A stretch of 12,109 bases of DNA. It comes from Candidatus Hadarchaeota archaeon. Its GTDB lineage: Archaea > CAYQAE01 > CAYVLA01. Made by a program: the position numbers and the translations under genes. The stretch is taken from NCBI GenBank assembly GCA_964452145.1, contig CAYVLA010000096.1, forward strand, positions 1 through 12,109, in the 5' to 3' direction. The first letter of the stretch is position 1. Each line of letters opens with the position of its first letter. This document shows positions 7,828 to 12,109 of the stretch, piece by piece. Below the pieces are notes generated by a model. The model ran no database searches and had not been told where the DNA came from. It worked only from the letters and a program-made list of their open reading frames with translations.

Positions 7828-9108
7828 ATGCTCACCTCCGCCTTCCCCAGGGCCATCATCCCACTCCTCATCCCACTGTCGCTGCAAACCTCCCTTGCCA
7901 CAGCCGATCTGTCGGCCCGCGACCCCTTTGTGATCGACATACTCATGATCGACCGCGTTTTGTTCCAGGGAGGCCAGTACGACAGGATGCTATCGGCCGA
8001 CCCCTCCATATCCGTTCTCGGCGTGCCCATGCCCGGCCACTACACCATAACGCTAGGAGGTGACCCCGACTACATGAACCGCGTCCTGAGGCTTTACATG
8101 CCCCGTACCTACCAGCATATGAGGAAGATCGCTGACATGATAGTCCTAAGGGAGGCATCCTGCGGCAGCTACGACTTCCCCCAGGTGATCTTCGACGCCA
8201 AATGGATGCTTTGGTTCGTGAAGGCGGTGCAGGAGGAGGGGGTCCCCTTGAGCATGTGGGGCGGGGACGCCTCCTGGGGCGGCCGCGGCGACGGCAACTA
8301 CAAGTCCTGGGGGGAGACGGTCCTAGACGAGATACTTCCTTTCAATTCCCTGGGCGGCTACAACCCCCCGAGGCCGGCCCTCAACTCTCCCCGCTTCCTT
8401 GACCCCGGCAACGGCCTAGCGCGCCTCCCCTGGAGTGCGGCTGGCCACGTAGAGCTCCTGAACAAGGTGACTCCCAAAGTGGGCTCAACGCTGGTTGCCG
8501 AGGCCCTCGGGGCCGGCGTTTCTTACCCCTGGATCGCCTGGTGGGAATCCGGCAAGGGCAGGGTCGTGGGGGAAACACAGGTATTCGGAAGTGCTGGGGG
8601 AGCCTCTGCAACCTTGAGGATGTGCAACGAGTGGGCCTGGTACCAGGACTTCCTCATCTACCTTGTCTACTTTGGCGCCGGGAAACCCATCCCGGACAAC
8701 CTAGAGCGGGCCCACCGAATCAGAGAGCAGATCAACATGCACCGCGACAGGAGCTCACTCCTTGTCAGCCTCTTCGAGTTCATTGAAAAGTTCGGCGCGA
8801 GCACCGTCAGACTCCAACGTGAGCTGGAGGAGATGGGCCGAATCGAACTCATGGCAGAGGAGCACTACCGGAACGACGACTACGACTCGGCCTCAGATCT
8901 CTTCGAAGAGGTCCATCGGGCCTGGACGGAGCTCAATGCCAAGGCCATCAGGGTCAAGGACAACGCCCTTCTCTGGGTTTACCTGATAGAATGGTTCACC
9001 GTGACGGCCGCCGCCATGGTCGCCGGCAGCGTCCTTTGGCTGGTGATGGTCAGGAGGAAGCTCTACAGGGAAATCGGCACGACAAGGATGGCCGATTCCG
9101 GGAGGTGA
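7828..9108 (+). CDS. Secreted, C-terminally membrane-anchored hypothetical protein (paralog B); middle domain possibly class I glutamine amidotransferase-like fold
   Basis: 426 aa with a signal peptide (RAIIPLLIPLSLQTSLATA), RLYMPR, a DMIVL...AVQEEGVPLSMWGGDASWGG...SWGETVLDEILP segment reminiscent of DUF1355/GATase1-like domains, PWIAWWESGKGRVV, a helical segment, and C-terminal WVYLIEW...LWLVMVRRKLYREIGTTRM. Confidence 0.85.
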   Translation: MLTSAFPRAIIPLLIPLSLQTSLATADLSARDPFVIDILMIDRVLFQGGQYDRMLSADPSISVLGVPMPGHYTITLGGDPDYMNRVLRLYMPRTYQHMRKIADMIVLREASCGSYDFPQVIFDAKWMLWFVKAVQEEGVPLSMWGGDASWGGRGDGNYKSWGETVLDEILPFNSLGGYNPPRPALNSPRFLDPGNGLARLPWSAAGHVELLNKVTPKVGSTLVAEALGAGVSYPWIAWWESGKGRVVGETQVFGSAGGASATLRMCNEWAWYQDFLIYLVYFGAGKPIPDNLERAHRIREQINMHRDRSSLLVSLFEFIEKFGASTVRLQRELEEMGRIELMAEEHYRNDDYDSASDLFEEVHRAWTELNAKAIRVKDNALLWVYLIEWFTVTAAAMVAGSVLWLVMVRRKLYREIGTTRMADSGR

Positions 9109-9331
9109 ACCCGACCGGCCAAGGCACTCGATCAGGGCAGTCGATGAATGTCCCAGGGTTCTCCCAACCAGGGTCTGGTCCAGGCCTTCGCGTTGGCCAA
9201 CCCGATGGGGCGGCGGGCAATCTACTTGATCGCGATGAGCATGTGGTCGCAGCCTTCATAGCGTTTGACGCCACCACACCCTTGGTCAGAGGCCCCCTGG
9301 CAACATCCTTCAGCAAACGCGCTGTCAAACA

Positions 9332-9345
9332 GAAAGCTTAATATT
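9332..9345 (+). promoter_or_regulatory. BRE/TATA promoter of second TA operon
   Basis: GAAAGC-TTAATATT (purine-rich BRE-like run then TATA-like box) ends 23 nt before ATG 9368. The intervening DNA is AT-rich with a weak dyad (ATTG...CAAT, 9343-9369). Confidence 0.65.
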
Positions 9346-9367
9346 GCATTACGGCATGTATAACACA

Positions 9368-9592
9368 ATGGTTGCCAATTCATCGACCCTCGCAATACGC
9401 ATACCCCGGGAAACCATGGAGAAGATGAAGAAGCTGGACGTCAGATGGAGCGAGGAGGTCAGGGCATTCGTGGAGGAGACCATCAGACGACACGAGCTGC
9501 TACGCACGCTTGAAGAGATCGGATTCAGGGCCGATCGAAGAAGGGCAAGCGTCGATTCGACTCAACTCATAAGGGAGGACCGGGAGCGCTGA
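9368..9592 (+). CDS. Ribbon-helix-helix/CopG-like antitoxin (archaeal VapB-type)
   Basis: 74 aa: TLAIRIPRETMEKMKKLDVRWSEEVRAFVEETIRR (beta-strand plus helices) and C-terminal DSTQLIREDRER typical of archaeal VapB. ATG 9368 fits the TATA spacing better than the track's TTG 9344. Confidence 0.85.
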   Translation: MVANSSTLAIRIPRETMEKMKKLDVRWSEEVRAFVEETIRRHELLRTLEEIGFRADRRRASVDSTQLIREDRER

Positions 9593-10023
9593 GCTGGGTT
9601 CTGGATTCCAGCATAGTTGTGAAGCTGGTCGTGGGCGAACCGGGCTCGGATGCAGCCCGGGCACGGGCAGGGGACCTGCTCAGGGCAGGCGAGGAGCTAT
9701 GCACCGTGGATCTGGCACTCGCCGAAAGTCTGAATGCCATATGGAAACACGTCAGGATCCATGGCGACCTGACCCCAGATGATGGAGGTTCCGCGATCAA
9801 GGACCTGATTCTACTATGCCGGAAACTGACGGTCCTGTCTACCCCCGACCTCTCCCAAGAGGCCTTCGAACTGGCCCTGGGGGAGAACCTCTCTGCCTAC
9901 GATTCGCTGCACATAGCCGGGGCCAAGGCGATCGGTGCCACCCTTTGGACCGCCGATGGGAAGCTGTACGAAGTTGCCAGGCGCATCGTGCCCGCTGAAC
10001 TACTCGCCGTCCGGCCCGGGTGA
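9589..10023 (+). CDS. vapC: PIN-domain (VapC-type) toxin, probable CTG start
   Basis: Extending the 9619 ORF upstream gives SWVLDSSIVVKLVVGEPGS, restoring the first catalytic Asp; LALAESLNAIWK, LSAYDSLHIA and LWTADGKL follow. CTG 9589 overlaps the antitoxin TGA (CTGA), and GGAGG lies at 9574-9578. Confidence 0.9.
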   Translation: MSWVLDSSIVVKLVVGEPGSDAARARAGDLLRAGEELCTVDLALAESLNAIWKHVRIHGDLTPDDGGSAIKDLILLCRKLTVLSTPDLSQEAFELALGENLSAYDSLHIAGAKAIGATLWTADGKLYEVARRIVPAELLAVRPG

Positions 10024-10036
10024 AGGACGATCTGTG

Positions 10037-10602
10037 TTATGACTCCCTTGCCTTGACAACAAGGGACACCAACAGCGATATGCCCACGAACAAGGCGTAG
10101 AAAGCGGGTATGTTCAGCTGCGGGATCGGGTTCCACAGAAGGCAATCCGGGAAGTAGGCCGAGTACCAGGTCGGGGGGAAAGTCATGCATTAACGCAACT
10201 AGCCCACGGGCGGTGACCGACGTAGAAAGAAATCGAAAACAAAAGGATAGAAGGGGAGCCATCGATCAGGCTGGCTATCTGCTGCTGGGCCTCAGGATCC
10301 ATGATAGGGAAGAGGCCGAAAAGCTGGAATCCTACTCCCAGAGCCAGGTAACCCAAGAACCAAACATGTCAGAAGGCTAGGTAGGGCACGGCCCTTCTTT
10401 TCTGGATCTCTACAACTTTGAGTGGGTAACATCGTGAAAATGACTCACCCGACCCTTCTCAACCCCCTCTTCCTTGCCTCGTCCGTTTCTCCCCCAAGGG
10501 AGAAACGGGGCAGAAATCAACCTCAACACGAATAGCCTTGCCAAAACGGAAGAGAACCAAAAAGCTTACCCACAGTAAACTGTATAGAACCTCTTTTCTC
10601 AT
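10037..10602 (-). pseudogene. Possible decayed multi-pass membrane protein gene
   Basis: From ATG 10602 a single frame carries hydrophobic segments (VLYSLLWVSFLVLF; VWFLGYLALGVGFQLFGLFPI; ILLFSISFYV) with TGA at 10461, 10371 and 10185. Another frame (10186-10037) ends IPAFYALFVGISLLVSLVVKARES*. No family recognised. Confidence 0.35.
10483..10508. repeat. Perfect 11-bp inverted repeat (hairpin) with 4-nt loop
   Basis: CCGTTTCTCCC-CCAA-GGGAGAAACGG, with no following U-tract on either strand. Confidence 0.8.
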
Positions 10603-10689
10603 GGCAAAGAGCACGGCAAGGAAGCGGGCGTCAGCCAGCATACACTTAACAAAACATCCATTCGGGCCTATCCCAGAGAGGCGAAGCCA

Positions 10690-12109
10690 ATGCCCAGAAA
10701 GTGCATACTCGTCGGCATGGACGGCGTCAACCCCCACTTCGTGGAACGGCTCATCTCCCAGGGCAGATTGCCCAACTTCAGGAGAATGATGGAAGAGGGA
10801 ACCTTTGCCCCGCACTGCCTGTCATCCGTGCCAACCTCAACCCCCGAGAACTGGACCACGATCGCCACGGGGGCGTGGAATGGGACCCATCAAGTGATGT
10901 CGTTTCAGGTCTTCCAGCCACCCGAGCTTCACGGCAGATGGATGGCTGGTTTCACTTCGAAGGAGAGCCAGGCTGAGTTCATCTGGGACGCAGTTGAGCG
11001 AGCGGGGAAGACGAGCATTCTCCTGAAGTACCCTGCTTCTCATCCCCCCACAATGAAGACGGGTGTCCATGTCTGTGGGTGCCACGTGCGTCCGTGTGCC
11101 CACCAGATCGACGGGGCCCACATGTTCTCGACCGTCGAGCCCAGAAATGCCACCCTGGATCTCCGGATATCACATACCGCGTCGGTCTCTTCCCACCCCC
11201 AGCTTCCTCCTCTGGCTGCAGACATTCTATTTCAGGCCAGGGGCATTGGGGGCGAGTCAATCGGGGCCGGCCTGGATGACAGAAGCGCCCTCTACGGAGT
11301 TCCCGATTCCGAGAAGGAAATCCCTGCCGGAATCAGTCTGAGTACACCGGTCTGCAAGCTCCTGCCTCCGGGGAAGACGCTTCACCTTCACCTGATCGCC
11401 ACCGAAGCGAATGCGTACGACCGAGCCATCATCTCCAGAGACCTTGAGGGGCGCCGCAGGCTGGCCGATCTTAGAGTGGGTGAATGGTCCCCCTGGATAT
11501 TGGAGTCCTTCGACACCATGGATGGCCGCAGAGAGGGCACCTTCCGTTTCAAGCTGGAGGCCCTTTCTCGAGATGCCACCGTCGTGAGACTCTATTCCAC
11601 CCAGATCATGGATGTCGACCACTACACAATGCCCCAGGAAGTGGGGCGGGAGCTCCATGAAAACGTCGGTCCCTTCCTGACCGACATCGGATGGGAAGGC
11701 CTGGGCCACGACTGGAGGAAGGCATGGTTCCACGAATCGGTCATGGTGGATCTGGCGAACTACCAGCATGACTGGTTCGTCAGGGCCATCGACTACCTGA
11801 GCAAGACCCGGGACTGGAGCCTTTGCATGTTGCAGGCCCACTGCATTGACTGCGCAAGTCACCATGCCCTTTCCGTAGCCGATCCGGCCGCCAACCCACA
11901 AGACCGCGCAACCGGGGACCGCTATCTGGCCTTCATCGAAACGCTGTACGAGAGCCTTGACAAGATGCTGGGGCGCATCATCGACGGGGCCGATGATGAC
12001 ACCGTCATCTTCGCAGTCTCGGATCACGGAGGACTCCCCGGCCACATACGCATCAACACAAGGCAGGTTCTCGAGCAATCCGGGCTTCTCTCCACTGACT
12101 CGGACGGAA
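10690..12109 (+). CDS. Alkaline phosphatase superfamily protein, type I phosphodiesterase/nucleotide pyrophosphatase family (3'-partial)
   Basis: ATG 10690 follows GAGGCGA and the frame is open to the window end (473 codons). It reads MPRKCILVGMDG...GRLPNFRRMMEEG...PTSTPENWTTIATGA (Thr nucleophile region), EFIWDAVERAGK, IDCASH, LDKMLGRII, VIFAVSDHG (metal ligands). It is missing from the ORF track because it has no stop in the window. Confidence 0.93.
   Translation, partial: MPRKCILVGMDGVNPHFVERLISQGRLPNFRRMMEEGTFAPHCLSSVPTSTPENWTTIATGAWNGTHQVMSFQVFQPPELHGRWMAGFTSKESQAEFIWDAVERAGKTSILLKYPASHPPTMKTGVHVCGCHVRPCAHQIDGAHMFSTVEPRNATLDLRISHTASVSSHPQLPPLAADILFQARGIGGESIGAGLDDRSALYGVPDSEKEIPAGISLSTPVCKLLPPGKTLHLHLIATEANAYDRAIISRDLEGRRRLADLRVGEWSPWILESFDTMDGRREGTFRFKLEALSRDATVVRLYSTQIMDVDHYTMPQEVGRELHENVGPFLTDIGWEGLGHDWRKAWFHESVMVDLANYQHDWFVRAIDYLSKTRDWSLCMLQAHCIDCASHHALSVADPAANPQDRATGDRYLAFIETLYESLDKMLGRIIDGADDDTVIFAVSDHGGLPGHIRINTRQVLEQSGLLSTDSDG

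Noticed and set aside
7818..7832. Shared GGCA..CTGAATGCT context at the starts of GH2 (2158) and paralog B (7828)
   Set aside because: Only 9 identical bases including the ATG, and two instances; chance cannot be excluded.
9109..9330. Minus-strand fragment ...KRYEGCDHMLIAIK* resembling a gene end, and ORFs 8991-9341 and 9050-9328
   Set aside because: Too short to assign, with upstream stops and no convincing start or family motif.
10369..10461. Selenocysteine or TGA-recoding interpretation of the in-frame TGAs
   Set aside because: No redox-motif context or recognisable SECIS, and TGA is a normal stop in neighbouring genes.
11257..12078. 273-aa minus-strand ORF
   Set aside because: Antisense shadow of the clearly motif-bearing phosphodiesterase on the plus strand.
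1..12109. CRISPR array, tRNA/rRNA, transposase or integrase
   Set aside because: No regularly spaced 25-40 bp repeats, cloverleaf or rRNA signatures, or recombinase motifs were seen on reading the sequence.

Overview
This GC-rich window has archaeal-style signals: TATA-like boxes about 23-25 nt upstream of apparently leaderless starts, GGTGA/GGAGG ribosome-binding sites and archaeal-type VapBC pairs. The host lineage cannot be fixed from sequence alone. Left to right it holds: the C-terminal end of an alkaline-phosphatase-superfamily gene (<1-203, absent from the ORF track); a 54-aa single-TM small ORF; a beta-propeller glycoside-hydrolase-like gene and a GH2 gene diverging from a palindromic TATA box; an AbrB/PIN toxin-antitoxin pair; two divergent paralogous secreted proteins sharing a strongly conserved C-terminal membrane tail, separated by a truncated YbaN/DUF454 remnant; a second RHH/PIN toxin-antitoxin pair whose toxin appears to need a CTG start; a 665-bp gap with a probable decayed membrane-protein gene and a nested inverted-repeat structure; and the 5' part of a second alkaline-phosphatase/phosphodiesterase-family gene (10690->12109, also absent from the ORF track). 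The best candidate for an undescribed system is the paralog pair with the W-x-Y-x-x-E-W/TM/MVRRxLYRxxxxTR tail, which may be a surface sorting or anchoring signal. It is bracketed by two TA modules inside a glycosidase/phosphodiesterase neighbourhood. All family calls come from motif recognition, not database searches.
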